This document shows, piece by piece, positions 40,109 to 49,720 of a DNA stretch of 64,000 nucleotides. The position numbers and the translations under genes are program-made. The notes beneath the pieces are model-generated. The model did no database searches. It had not been told where the DNA came from and was given only the letters and a program-made list of their open reading frames with translations. Within the stretch, counting starts at the first letter, position 1; each line of letters opens with the position of its first letter. This DNA is from Verrucomicrobiota bacterium. Its GTDB lineage: Bacteria > Verrucomicrobiota > Verrucomicrobiia > Limisphaerales > CANJSG01. The DNA lies in assembly GCA_038209745.1 (NCBI GenBank), contig JBBQXJ010000015.1, positions 1 through 64,000 on the forward strand, in the 5' to 3' direction.

Positions 40109-40996
40109 GTGACCGGGGACCGACTTGATCGTGGCGTCCGCGTGACCCTTGCAGGGCTCGCGGTCAACACCCTGTTGGCCGGTGGCAAGTTCGTCGCGGG
40201 CGTCGTGGGCCATTCGCACGCCCTGGTCGCGGACGCAGTCGAATCGATGGCCGACATCGTCAGCTCCCTGGTGGTGTGGCGCGCCTTGGTCGTGGCCTCC
40301 GAGCCGCCCGACGAGGATCATCCCTACGGCCACGGCAAGGCCGAACCCATCGCGGCGGCCATCGTGGGCCTGTTTCTGCTGGCCGCCGCCGGGTTGATCG
40401 CGGTCCGGGCGATCGCGGAGATCATGACCCCGCATACCGCCCCGGCGCCGTTCACCCTGGTTGTGTTGATCGGCGTGATCGTGATCAAGGAAGGCATGTT
40501 CCGCTTCGCGCTGAAACGGGCCGATGAGCTGTCCAGCGCGGCCGTGCGTTCGGACGCCTGGCACCATCGAAGCGATGCGCTGACCTCGCTCGGTGCCGGC
40601 ATCGGCATTGCCGTCTCTTTGATTGGCGGCCACGGCTATGAGGCGGCCGATGACGTTGCGGCGCTCCTCGCATCGCTGCTCATCGCCTGGAACGGATGGA
40701 CGTTGGCGCGGCGGGCGGCCTCGGAGTTGATGGATACCGTCCCGGGAATCGGACTGAAGGCCGAGATCGCCGCCGTCGCCGCGGAGGTGACATTGGTCCA
40801 TTACGTCCAGAAATGCCTCGTCCGGCAGGCCGGCTACCACCTTTTCGTGGATATGCACGTGCATGTGGATCCAGAGATGAGCGTGCGCGAAGCCCATATC
40901 ATCGCCCATCGAATCAAGGACCGGGTCCGCCAACGCTTCCCCCGCGTGCATGATGTGCTCATCCACATCGAACCGGCCGAAAGGGCCGGGAGATGA
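40109..40996 (+). CDS. cation diffusion facilitator (FieF-like) transporter
   Basis: SHALVADAVES, PPDEDHPYGHGKAE, DAWHHRSD, AH.IAH..K, DVLIHIEP. Confidence 0.92.
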   Translation: MTGDRLDRGVRVTLAGLAVNTLLAGGKFVAGVVGHSHALVADAVESMADIVSSLVVWRALVVASEPPDEDHPYGHGKAEPIAAAIVGLFLLAAAGLIAVRAIAEIMTPHTAPAPFTLVVLIGVIVIKEGMFRFALKRADELSSAAVRSDAWHHRSDALTSLGAGIGIAVSLIGGHGYEAADDVAALLASLLIAWNGWTLARRAASELMDTVPGIGLKAEIAAVAAEVTLVHYVQKCLVRQAGYHLFVDMHVHVDPEMSVREAHIIAHRIKDRVRQRFPRVHDVLIHIEPAERAGR

Positions 40997-41011
40997 GCCG
41001 CAGGGTCTCTT

Positions 41012-41737
41012 TCAGTGGCCGTGCTGCAAGCCCTTAGAGTGCTGCCATGCGTGGATAACCGCGCCCAGGATCTCGTCCAGCCCGACGCCATGTTTGACTT
41101 GAGCGAAGACAATGGGGCCGTCGCCGCGCATCTTGCGGGCGTCGCGATCCATGACGGCCAGATCGGCCCCCACAGTGGCCGCGAGGTCGGTCTTGTTGAT
41201 GACGAGCAAGTCGCTCTGGGTGATGCCGGGGCCTCCTTTGCGCGGGATCTTGTCGCCGCCGGCCACGTCGATCACCTGGATGGTGAAGTCGGCCAGTTCG
41301 CGGCTGAAGCAGGCTGCGAGATTGTCGCCTCCGGACTCGATCAACAGGAGGTCGGGACGGAACTTCCGATGGAGTTCCTCCAACGCGAGCAGGTTGGCCG
41401 AAATGTCCTCCCTGATCGCCGCATGAGGGCAGCCGCCGGTTTCCACCGCGCGAATCCGATCCGCTTCCAAGGCGCCATTTTGGACGAGAAACTCGCCGTC
41501 TTCCCTGGTGAAAATATCGTTCGTTACCGCCGCGATCTCCATTGTCCTCCGCAGTCGTTGGCAGAGCTGCAGCATCAACGCGGTCTTCCCGCTGCCCACG
41601 GGGCCACCGACGCCGACGGTGAAGGCGCGATGATCATAGTTGCGCGCGTGCGCGGACTCTCGTTCCTCGAAGTGACCGGGATGTTCGAGGGGTTCGTGCG
41701 TGTGGCCGTGGGGCCCGTGTGAATGCGTGTGGTTCAT
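41012..41737 (-). CDS. ureG: urease accessory GTPase UreG with His-rich N-terminus
   Basis: [37 protein letters not shown]. Confidence 0.95.
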   Translation of the reverse strand: MNHTHSHGPHGHTHEPLEHPGHFEERESAHARNYDHRAFTVGVGGPVGSGKTALMLQLCQRLRRTMEIAAVTNDIFTREDGEFLVQNGALEADRIRAVETGGCPHAAIREDISANLLALEELHRKFRPDLLLIESGGDNLAACFSRELADFTIQVIDVAGGDKIPRKGGPGITQSDLLVINKTDLAATVGADLAVMDRDARKMRGDGPIVFAQVKHGVGLDEILGAVIHAWQHSKGLQHGH

Positions 41738-41751
41738 GGACGAGAGGCGGT

Positions 41752-42420
41752 TCAGCTTTGGAACAGTCGCGAATAGAGACGGTCCTGTGTCCCCTGGAAA
41801 ATATCCAAAAGAGGCGCGGTCTGCGCGATCTCTCCGGTCGAGCGCTGCGCGTTCCCTGCCGCGACCTCCTCGGCGACGGCGGAAAGGCGGTGCTGCAAGG
41901 CCTGTGCGGCGATGGGCCCGGCGATGCCGAGACGCACGGCGGCGCTGACTGCGCCGCGAAGTTGCTGGAACAGATAAAGGCGAAGCGCAAGCGAGCGCTG
42001 GATTTCCAATAGACGCGTGACGACGCCAAATACCGGCGCGAAATGTCCGTTCATTTCGCGAACCTGGGAGCGCAGCTCGCTCATCGCGCCCGAGGGGAAC
42101 GCTCGTTCGACCGACGACAGGAACGCCTGGCCCAGCGCGCGGCTGGCGCGGTTGGCGACATGATTGGCCGTGAACACATCGCAAAGCAAATCGAGTTCCA
42201 TGAGCCGTTGCGGATCGCGATGGGCATCGTTCACGAACGGCATCGCGGCCTGGCCGAACTGATGCAACGAGGCTTCAAGGAACCCCGCGAGTTGCGTCTC
42301 GGTGCGCACTTCGCCGAGTTGCCACGCGGCTTCGAGCCCGCCGGAGTGGCCGAAGCCTCCCGCCGGAAACGCAGAGTCGGCCAGTTGCCAGACGAGCCAG
42401 TCTTGCCGCGGATTCGGCAT
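41752..42420 (-). CDS. ureF: urease accessory protein UreF
   Basis: [26 protein letters not shown], terminal YSRLFQS. Confidence 0.92.
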   Translation of the reverse strand: MPNPRQDWLVWQLADSAFPAGGFGHSGGLEAAWQLGEVRTETQLAGFLEASLHQFGQAAMPFVNDAHRDPQRLMELDLLCDVFTANHVANRASRALGQAFLSSVERAFPSGAMSELRSQVREMNGHFAPVFGVVTRLLEIQRSLALRLYLFQQLRGAVSAAVRLGIAGPIAAQALQHRLSAVAEEVAAGNAQRSTGEIAQTAPLLDIFQGTQDRLYSRLFQS

Positions 42421-44135
42421 CAGAAGAGGAAGTAGCGTTGCGCAAGCGGCAAAGAGGTCGCCGGTTCGCACTGGAGCAGTTCGCCATCGGCTGTCACCCG
42501 ATACGTCTCGGGATCGACGGTGATGAACGGCGTTGCATCGTTCCATTTCATGTCGCGCTTGGTAAGCTTCCGGCAACCACGCACAGCTTCGATGCGCTTG
42601 TTCAAACCGTAGCCGGCGGCGACCCCCATGTCGCGACAGAGCGCGCTGACGAAGGCGATGGAAACCGGTCCCGGTGCGGAACCGAACGCGCCGAACATCG
42701 GCCGCATGGAAACCGGCTGCGGCGTGGGAATGGATGCGTTCGGATCCCCCATCTGCGCCCAGGCGATGATGCCGCCTTTCAGAACCATCTCCGGTTTCGC
42801 GCCGAAGAACGCCGGCTTCCACAGCACAAGATCGGCGAGCTTCCCGACCTCGATCGAGCCGATCACATGGGCCATGCCGTGCGAGATGGCGGGGTTGATC
42901 GTGTATTTCGCGACGTAGCGCTTGATGCGGAGATTGTCGTTTTCACCGCGTTCTCCCGCCAGCCGTCCTCGTTGCTGGCGCATCTTGTGCGCGGTCTGCC
43001 ATGTGCGCGTGATCACCTCGCCCACGCGTCCCATCGCCTGTGAATCAGAACTCATCATGCTGATCGCGCCGAGATCGTGAAGGATGTCCTCGGCAGCGAT
43101 CGTCTCGCCGCGGATGCGGCTCTCGGCGAACGCGACGTCCTCCGGCAGGTTCGGATCGAGATGGTGGCAGACCATCAACATGTCGAGGTGTTCGTCGAGC
43201 GTGTTGACCGTGTAGGGTCGGGTCGGGTTCGTGGAGCTCGGCAGCACGTTCATCTCACCGCAGACCCGGATGATGTCCGGTGCATGGCCGCCGCCGGCAC
43301 CCTCGGAATGATAGGTGTGGATCGTGCGCCCCTTGAACGCGGCGATGGTGGCCTCGACGAAGCCCGACTCGTTTAGCGTGTCGGAGTGAATCGTGACCTG
43401 GACGTCGTGCTCGTCGGCGACCGTCAGACAGCAGTCGATCGCCGCAGGCGAGGTTCCCCAGTCCTCGTGCAGCTTGAGGCCGACGGCGCCGCCAAGGATC
43501 TGCTCGGACAACCCCTGCGGCATGGAGGTGTTTCCTTTGCCGGTGAAACCGAAATTGAGCGGCAGCCCGTCCGTGGCCTGCAGCATCATCCGCAGATGGT
43601 GCGCGCCGGGGGTACAGGTCGTCGCGCTCGTGCCCGTAGCCGGGCCTGTCCCGCCGCCGACGAACGTCGTGAGGCCGCTCGCAATGGCCTCATGGGCCTG
43701 TTGCGGGCAGATGAAGTGGATATGCGAATCGATGCCGCCCGCAGTGACTATCAGGCCTTCGCCCGCGATGACCTCGGTCGTGACGCCAAAGACCATCCCC
43801 GGCGTGACGCCGGCCATTACATCGGGATTGCCAGCCTTGCCGAGGCCTGCGATGAGGCCGTTCTTGATGCCGATGTCGCACTTGTAGATGCCTGTGTAAT
43901 CTACGACGAGCGCGTTGGTGATGACGCAATCGAGCGCCCCGGCTTGACCCACGCCTGCTGCCTGGCCCATGCCTTCGCGCAGCACCTTTCCGCCGCCGAA
44001 TTTGCATTCGTCGCCGAACACGGCGAAATCCCTCTCCACTTCCAGCACGAGGCCGGTGTCGCCGAGGCGGACTTTGTCGCCGGTCGTCGGGCCGAACATG
44101 TCGGCGTAGTGGCTTCGCTTCATGATGTGCGGCAT
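42420..44135 (-). CDS. ureC: urease alpha (catalytic) subunit
   Basis: [59 protein letters not shown]. Confidence 0.97.
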   Translation of the reverse strand: MPHIMKRSHYADMFGPTTGDKVRLGDTGLVLEVERDFAVFGDECKFGGGKVLREGMGQAAGVGQAGALDCVITNALVVDYTGIYKCDIGIKNGLIAGLGKAGNPDVMAGVTPGMVFGVTTEVIAGEGLIVTAGGIDSHIHFICPQQAHEAIASGLTTFVGGGTGPATGTSATTCTPGAHHLRMMLQATDGLPLNFGFTGKGNTSMPQGLSEQILGGAVGLKLHEDWGTSPAAIDCCLTVADEHDVQVTIHSDTLNESGFVEATIAAFKGRTIHTYHSEGAGGGHAPDIIRVCGEMNVLPSSTNPTRPYTVNTLDEHLDMLMVCHHLDPNLPEDVAFAESRIRGETIAAEDILHDLGAISMMSSDSQAMGRVGEVITRTWQTAHKMRQQRGRLAGERGENDNLRIKRYVAKYTINPAISHGMAHVIGSIEVGKLADLVLWKPAFFGAKPEMVLKGGIIAWAQMGDPNASIPTPQPVSMRPMFGAFGSAPGPVSIAFVSALCRDMGVAAGYGLNKRIEAVRGCRKLTKRDMKWNDATPFITVDPETYRVTADGELLQCEPATSLPLAQRYFLF

Positions 44136-44137
44136 GG

Positions 44138-44902
44138 TCAATTCTCCTTGTTCGCGAAACCGGCGGTCTTGATCCGCTCGAGAGCAGCCTGCCTGCCCGC
44201 TTCCGATACCGGGCCGCTGGCCAGATTGTTGCCGCCTCGGATCACTTTGGCGCCGGCGATCTCGACCAACGCGACCGTCTTTGTCTCCCCGGGTTCGAAG
44301 CGCACCGCCGTGCCGGCCGGAATATCGAGGCGTTTGCCGTAGGCGCTTCCGCGGTCGAATTGAAGCTGTGAGTTCGTCTCGACGAAATGGTAGTGGCTGC
44401 CGACCTGGACCGGACGATCGCCCAGATTGGTGACCGCCAACGAAACACCCGGACGGCCCTCGTTCAACGTCAGCTCGCCCTCTCGCACGGTCATGGCTCC
44501 CGGGGCGGGTTCCTCGGCCTCCGCCGCGGCTTTGAACAGCGAAAGTTCCGGCACCGAAATGAAGCTGCCGTACAGCGCGAGCCCCAGATCGCCGTCCTCG
44601 GAAGCGATCGGGTGATGTACGGTCACGAGCTTCGAGCCGTCCGGAAACGTGCCTTCGACCTGCACGTCTTCGATCATGGAAGGAACGCCGGGCATGACCT
44701 GGTTCCGGCCCAGAAGCTTTTTCCCGAGATCCATCAGCTCGGCGACACGGCGGCCGTCACGGATGAACTCCAACAATTGCGTGGCGATGAGCGCCACCGC
44801 CTCCGGATGGTTGAGACGCCGGCCGCGCGCGAGACGCTTCTGCGCGAGGAATCCGGCGTTGTGGAGCATCAACTTGTCGATTTCGCGCGGGGAGAGATGC
44901 AT
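44138..44902 (-). CDS. ureAB: fused urease gamma/beta subunit
   Basis: [28 protein letters not shown] (gamma) followed by [30 protein letters not shown] (beta). Confidence 0.95.
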   Translation of the reverse strand: MHLSPREIDKLMLHNAGFLAQKRLARGRRLNHPEAVALIATQLLEFIRDGRRVAELMDLGKKLLGRNQVMPGVPSMIEDVQVEGTFPDGSKLVTVHHPIASEDGDLGLALYGSFISVPELSLFKAAAEAEEPAPGAMTVREGELTLNEGRPGVSLAVTNLGDRPVQVGSHYHFVETNSQLQFDRGSAYGKRLDIPAGTAVRFEPGETKTVALVEIAGAKVIRGGNNLASGPVSEAGRQAALERIKTAGFANKEN

Positions 44903-44929
44903 GGAAGGAAGGCGAGTTGAGATTTGTCG

Positions 44930-45799
44930 TCACCATTTGCGCGCCCAAGGATCATCGCCCAGCAACGCTGCCACGAAACGCAGGCGGCGGCAGAGTTCGT
45001 GGCCAACCTGCTCGGTACCGGCGCCCGCCATCCGGAGCAAGGCGCCGCCGGGCACCGGACTCGCCGAACACACAAGACCACTGCGGCGGGAAATGGGCAA
45101 CGTGGCAATCTCGGCGAGCAGACATTCCGCGTTGGCGCGCATGGGTTCGCCCATCAGCAGCAGGAGCGCGACACAATTGAACCTGCCCATGCGGGCAGGA
45201 TCCGAGAGGACCCCGTCTCGTGGGTCCAAGGAAACGGAATCGATGAGGACGGGTTTGCCGTCCACGACGACATCGGTGCGGCTGCAATAGCGGGAGAAAT
45301 CCCACCGTTCGCCGCACGCGGCGCGGCCCGAACCGAGCCAGTCCACCAGCACGAGCCCGGAACTGGACGCCAGTTCGATGCGCTGCCGCTGTTCGTAGAT
45401 CGATTTCGCGAAGCATTGCACCGGATCGGGCGCGAGCACGAGCACTGCGTCCGGACCCGACGAGGCGAGCAGGTCATGGCGACAGGGGAATCCGTCCGGA
45501 TTGCGATAGATTTTTGTCGAGGACTGGGTTCCAAGGAAACAGCGCGCACCCTCACCGACAATGACTTCGAGGCGGGTTTGATCGCCCGCGACATAGCCGC
45601 CGCCGAGGCCGCTCGTGTAGGCCCACACGCTCGGGCCGCGCGGTTTCGGTACAAGGATCTTCAGAGGACTGAGCGCACGGACGCCCGTCGCGGCGCTCAA
45701 GCCGGAGACGAGCCGGACTTCAAGTCGACCGGCGCCGGCGCCGGAGGTTTCAGGGGCTGGAACGAAGCCCGCCGTCGGGTTCAAGGATGCCGTCCCCAC
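44930..45799 (-). CDS. ureD: urease accessory protein UreD
   Basis: SPLKIL, GGGYVAGDQ, TQSSTKIY, PDPVQCF, GRAACGERWDF; start uncertain (ORF open to 45868). Confidence 0.88.
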   Translation of the reverse strand: MGTASLNPTAGFVPAPETSGAGAGRLEVRLVSGLSAATGVRALSPLKILVPKPRGPSVWAYTSGLGGGYVAGDQTRLEVIVGEGARCFLGTQSSTKIYRNPDGFPCRHDLLASSGPDAVLVLAPDPVQCFAKSIYEQRQRIELASSSGLVLVDWLGSGRAACGERWDFSRYCSRTDVVVDGKPVLIDSVSLDPRDGVLSDPARMGRFNCVALLLLMGEPMRANAECLLAEIATLPISRRSGLVCSASPVPGGALLRMAGAGTEQVGHELCRRLRFVAALLGDDPWARKW

Positions 45800-45938
45800 G
45801 GGATAGTGCCGGTGTCCAACAGGTCGCGGGCAAGGCGTGAAACGGGGGGGAACGAGCCAACCAGGCAAGCTACGCGCTGATCGGGCCAGGAGATGGAACC
45901 GGATTTTCGGGCAACCTGGAGGACTTGCATGGTTTGAC

Positions 45939-46634
45939 TCAGACCGTGAGATGTCGGCGGACGGTCTCGTTGTTCAATTCTTTCATCGGACCCGATGCGA
46001 CCACCGCGCCGCGATCCATGATGTAGAAGCTGTCGCCGACGCCGAGGCAGAAGTCGAGATACTGCTCGACCAGAAGGATGCTGATCTTTCCCTCGTTCTT
46101 GATCTTCACGAGGGTCTCGCCGATCAGGTCGATGATGTTCGGCTGAATGCCTTCGGTGGGTTCGTCGAGAATGAGGATCTTGGGATCGGTCAACAAAGCG
46201 CGGGCGATGGCGAGCTGCTGCTGCTGGCCGCCGGAGAGCACACCGCCTTTGCGCTGGAGGAATTCCTTGAGGATCGGGAACAGCTCCAATACGCGGTCGG
46301 TCTGGCCCGCGTCCTTCACGCCATGGACGACCCTGCTGATCTTCAGGTTTTCCCAGACCGTGAGGTGCGGAAAGATGTCGCGCCCTTGCGGCACGTACCC
46401 TAGGCCAGCGCGGGAACGGCCGTCGGCTTTCATACCATCAAGAACCCGCCCTTCGAGCGACACCTGTCCCTCGTCGACCGGGACCAGTCCCATGATGGCC
46501 TTGAGCGTGGTGGTCTTGCCGACGCCGTTGCGGCCCATGAGACAGACGAGGCTGTTCTTCGGCACGGTCAGGTTGACCCCGCGCAGGATGCGGGAGCCGT
46601 CGTAGGACACCGAAATGTCGGAAAGGGTCAGCAT
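45939..46634 (-). CDS. urtE: urea ABC transporter ATP-binding subunit
   Basis: GRNGVGKTT, YVPQGRDIF, LSGGQQQQLAIARAL, DEPTEGIQP, VEQYLDF. Confidence 0.92.
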   Translation of the reverse strand: MLTLSDISVSYDGSRILRGVNLTVPKNSLVCLMGRNGVGKTTTLKAIMGLVPVDEGQVSLEGRVLDGMKADGRSRAGLGYVPQGRDIFPHLTVWENLKISRVVHGVKDAGQTDRVLELFPILKEFLQRKGGVLSGGQQQQLAIARALLTDPKILILDEPTEGIQPNIIDLIGETLVKIKNEGKISILLVEQYLDFCLGVGDSFYIMDRGAVVASGPMKELNNETVRRHLTV

Positions 46635-46707
46635 CGGGGAGAGGAGTAATGGAGTTTTGTTTTGTGCAGCAACCCAACACTCCAATACTCCCTTGGGCCA
46701 GGGGGAC

Positions 46708-47472
46708 TCATCCGTGCTTCTCCTTCTTCTTCCGGCCGAGATAGACCTCGATCACCCGCTCGTCGTTCTGGACCTCGTCCACGGAGCCTTCGCAGAGGAC
46801 GTGGCCCTGGTGGAGCACGGTCACCTTCCGCGCGATCTGGCGGACGAAGACCATGTCGTGCTCGATCACGACGATGCTGTGTTTGCCGGCCAGGCTCATG
46901 AGGAGCTCTCCCGTCTTGGCCGTCTCCTCATCGGTCATGCCGGCGGCCGGCTCGTCGACGAGGAGGAGCTTAGGATCCTGCGCCAGCAGCATGCCGATCT
47001 CGAGCCACTGCTTCTGACCGTGGGCCAGCGAGCCGGCCTTCACCTTGGCCTTGGAGGCCAGGCCGACGGTTTCGAGAACTTCCTGGATCCGGTCCCTCTG
47101 CGCGTCCGTTATCCTGGAAAACAGGGTGGACCAGACGCTTCGACTCCCCCGGAGCGAGAGGAGGAGGTTCTCGTGGACGGAGTGGTCGACATAGACCGAG
47201 GGCGTCTGGAACTTCCGCCCGATGCCAAGACGGTTGATCTGATACTCGTTAAGCCGGGTCAGGTCGGTATCCGCCTCGAACTCGATCTTGCCGGCATCGG
47301 GACGGGTGCGACCGGTGATCAGGTCCAGGAAAGAGGTCTTGCCTGCGCCATTCGGTCCGATGATCACGCGCAGCTCGCCCCGGTCCATATAGAAGTTCAG
47401 GTCCGAGATGGCCTTGAAGCCGTCGAACGTCTTGGTGACGCCCTCCACGGCGAGGATGAATTCCTTGTTCAT
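46708..47472 (-). CDS. urtD: urea ABC transporter ATP-binding subunit
   Basis: [46 protein letters not shown]. Confidence 0.93.
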   Translation of the reverse strand: MNKEFILAVEGVTKTFDGFKAISDLNFYMDRGELRVIIGPNGAGKTSFLDLITGRTRPDAGKIEFEADTDLTRLNEYQINRLGIGRKFQTPSVYVDHSVHENLLLSLRGSRSVWSTLFSRITDAQRDRIQEVLETVGLASKAKVKAGSLAHGQKQWLEIGMLLAQDPKLLLVDEPAAGMTDEETAKTGELLMSLAGKHSIVVIEHDMVFVRQIARKVTVLHQGHVLCEGSVDEVQNDERVIEVYLGRKKKEKHG

Positions 47473-49007
47473 TCTTTGGTGGAGGATTCCAGCTCCGGCT
47501 TGGCCGCAGCCGGCGGTGGAGCCGTGGGCTTCTTGGACAGCTTCTTGATGATGGCCCGGAGCTGGCTGGGCAGGCCGATGATCCCCCGGGGCATGAAGAG
47601 CGTCACGAAGACGAACAGGCCGCCGAGAATGTAAGGCCACTGTTCGGCGAAGTTGTGCGTCGCGTAGCTCTTCAGCGAGTTGATCCCGATGGCGCCGAGG
47701 ATCGGCCCCAGGAGATTGCCGCGTCCGCCGACCGAGACCCAGATGACCGCCTCGATGGATTTCTCCGGCGACATTTCACTCGGGTTGATCCCGCCGATCT
47801 GCGGCACGGAGAGCGCCCCGCCAAGCGCCGCGATCACGGCCGCGACGACGAAGACGAACAGCTTGAAGTCGGCCGTGGCGTAGCCCGAGAAGAGCACGCG
47901 GTTTTCCGAGTCGCGGACCGCCCGTTGGATCAGTCCGAAACGTGTCGAAGTGAGCCATCGGCAGAAGAGATAGGTGAGCAGCAGCAGGACGCCGGACGCG
48001 ATGTAGAGGGCGCGTTTGGTCGATGGATCGTTGATGATGTAGCCGGTGAATCCCTTGTGCGTGACAACCCCAGGATAGGCTTCTTCGAGCAGCTGCCGAT
48101 TGAGCTTCAGCATGTCGGCGTCGCGCGGTGTCTCCGCGATCCTTGCTTTGGCAGAGTCGGAAAGGGCGATCCCGGCGAACCGTTGCTCGCTGTAGATTGG
48201 CGACGTGGCCATCGTCCGGTTCAGCTCGTCGGCCACGACCTGCTCCATCTCGGCGGACTTGCCGGCGGCGGCCAGTTCGGACACCCGGGTTTGGTTGGTT
48301 GGACCGAACTGGCTCCAGAGATATTTCGACACGCCATCTCCACCCTTCTCGAGTCGGTTGGCGAAGGCGACGGGATCCTTGATCTCGCCGACTGCGAGCG
48401 AGGGCGTGCCGAGCATGAACTTGAAGTCGGTCAGTCCGTTGTTCCCGCCGAAGGTGAAGTCGTTCCTGAAGAACATCAGGCAAGCCGCGTAGGTCAACGC
48501 TTGGCTGAGGATGGAGAAGTAGACGCCCTTGATCCGTGAGCGGAAGGCGAGAAACCCGAACCCATAGGCGAGGATCGCGGGCACAAGCACCATGGCTAGC
48601 AGCGCGACCCATAGATGTTTGAAGGGAATCCAATGCGACGGGAAGCCACCGGTGGCGGCATACTTGGTCTGGTATTCCAGGAACACCATGAAGTCCGGCA
48701 CGGCCTCGTGATACTGGCCGAGCCGGCTAATGTTCATCATTAGATACATGCCGAATGCGTAGCCGCCGAGGGAGAAGAAGAGGCACTGGCCGAGGCTGAG
48801 CAGTCCCGTGTAGCCCCAGAGGAGATTCACGCCGAGGGCGAGGACCGCGTAGGTGAGATACTTGCCGTAGCGGTTGAGGGAAAGATCCGTGACGTGGAAC
48901 CACGAGCCGGAGGGAACGAAGGCGTTGAGGCAGGGCAGCACGACGAGACCGATCAACGCCGCCAGGGCGATGAAAAGCAGTTCGCGTTTCGTGAAAGGTC
49001 CAGCCAT
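47469..49007 (-). CDS. urtC: urea ABC transporter permease UrtC with inserted soluble domain
   Basis: [61 protein letters not shown]. Confidence 0.9.
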   Translation of the reverse strand: MAGPFTKRELLFIALAALIGLVVLPCLNAFVPSGSWFHVTDLSLNRYGKYLTYAVLALGVNLLWGYTGLLSLGQCLFFSLGGYAFGMYLMMNISRLGQYHEAVPDFMVFLEYQTKYAATGGFPSHWIPFKHLWVALLAMVLVPAILAYGFGFLAFRSRIKGVYFSILSQALTYAACLMFFRNDFTFGGNNGLTDFKFMLGTPSLAVGEIKDPVAFANRLEKGGDGVSKYLWSQFGPTNQTRVSELAAAGKSAEMEQVVADELNRTMATSPIYSEQRFAGIALSDSAKARIAETPRDADMLKLNRQLLEEAYPGVVTHKGFTGYIINDPSTKRALYIASGVLLLLTYLFCRWLTSTRFGLIQRAVRDSENRVLFSGYATADFKLFVFVVAAVIAALGGALSVPQIGGINPSEMSPEKSIEAVIWVSVGGRGNLLGPILGAIGINSLKSYATHNFAEQWPYILGGLFVFVTLFMPRGIIGLPSQLRAIIKKLSKKPTAPPPAAAKPELESSTKE

Positions 49008-49720
49008 CAGGGTGTGCGTTGCGCGGGTGCGGCCTGCGAACGGCAGCGGTGATGGAGCGTGTCCTTCCAGTTCCAGGGCAGCGCGGGGCATTCGGACAAC
49101 GCCTTCGCTCCGGCGATGTCGCCTTTTTCGTGGTGCATGATCCGGGTGCTCCGCGAGACCGTCCACTCCGAGTGCGGACGCCGGACGAGGCTGAAGGGTT
49201 GACCCGCCCGGACCGATCCGTGACCCAGCGGGCGGAAATAGAAGCCGGTGCGGCCGGTCTGGAGAATGCCGTTGGCGAGATCCTTTGCTTTCCAGCGGCG
49301 CGAAAGTTTCCAGCACGGTTCGCGCGGTTGGCTCACCTGCAAGATTGCCTCGCCGATCTCGAAGACGTCGCCGACGCAGACTTCGTCTTCCAACGGGCCC
49401 AAAGTGGTGATGTTCTCGCCGAAGGCTCCGAACGGAAGCGAAGGCAGCCCGAGCTCACCGCGCCAAAAAGCATAGTGCTCAACCGGGTAGACGCAGACCG
49501 CCTTGTCCATGCCGCCGTGAACCCGCAGGTCGGCCACGCGGTCGCCTTCCAATCCCAGGGGGCCCAGCCAAACGTCGCCTGCGAACGACTCCTTGAAGAT
49601 ACCAGAGGTCCATTCCTTGTCCCACCATTCCTCCGATCCTGCGGGCGCCGCGGTGCCAGGCGTCCCCAGCTGAAGGGAGGCCAAGATCGAAGCGGCTGTT
49701 TTGGTGGTTGAACCGTTCAT
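49007..49720 (-). CDS. MOSC-domain molybdoprotein (YiiM-like, with 3-alpha domain)
   Basis: [43 protein letters not shown] (Moco Cys), TGRTGFYFR; 1-nt overlaps with both urtB and urtC. Confidence 0.92.
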   Translation of the reverse strand: MNGSTTKTAASILASLQLGTPGTAAPAGSEEWWDKEWTSGIFKESFAGDVWLGPLGLEGDRVADLRVHGGMDKAVCVYPVEHYAFWRGELGLPSLPFGAFGENITTLGPLEDEVCVGDVFEIGEAILQVSQPREPCWKLSRRWKAKDLANGILQTGRTGFYFRPLGHGSVRAGQPFSLVRRPHSEWTVSRSTRIMHHEKGDIAGAKALSECPALPWNWKDTLHHRCRSQAAPAQRTP

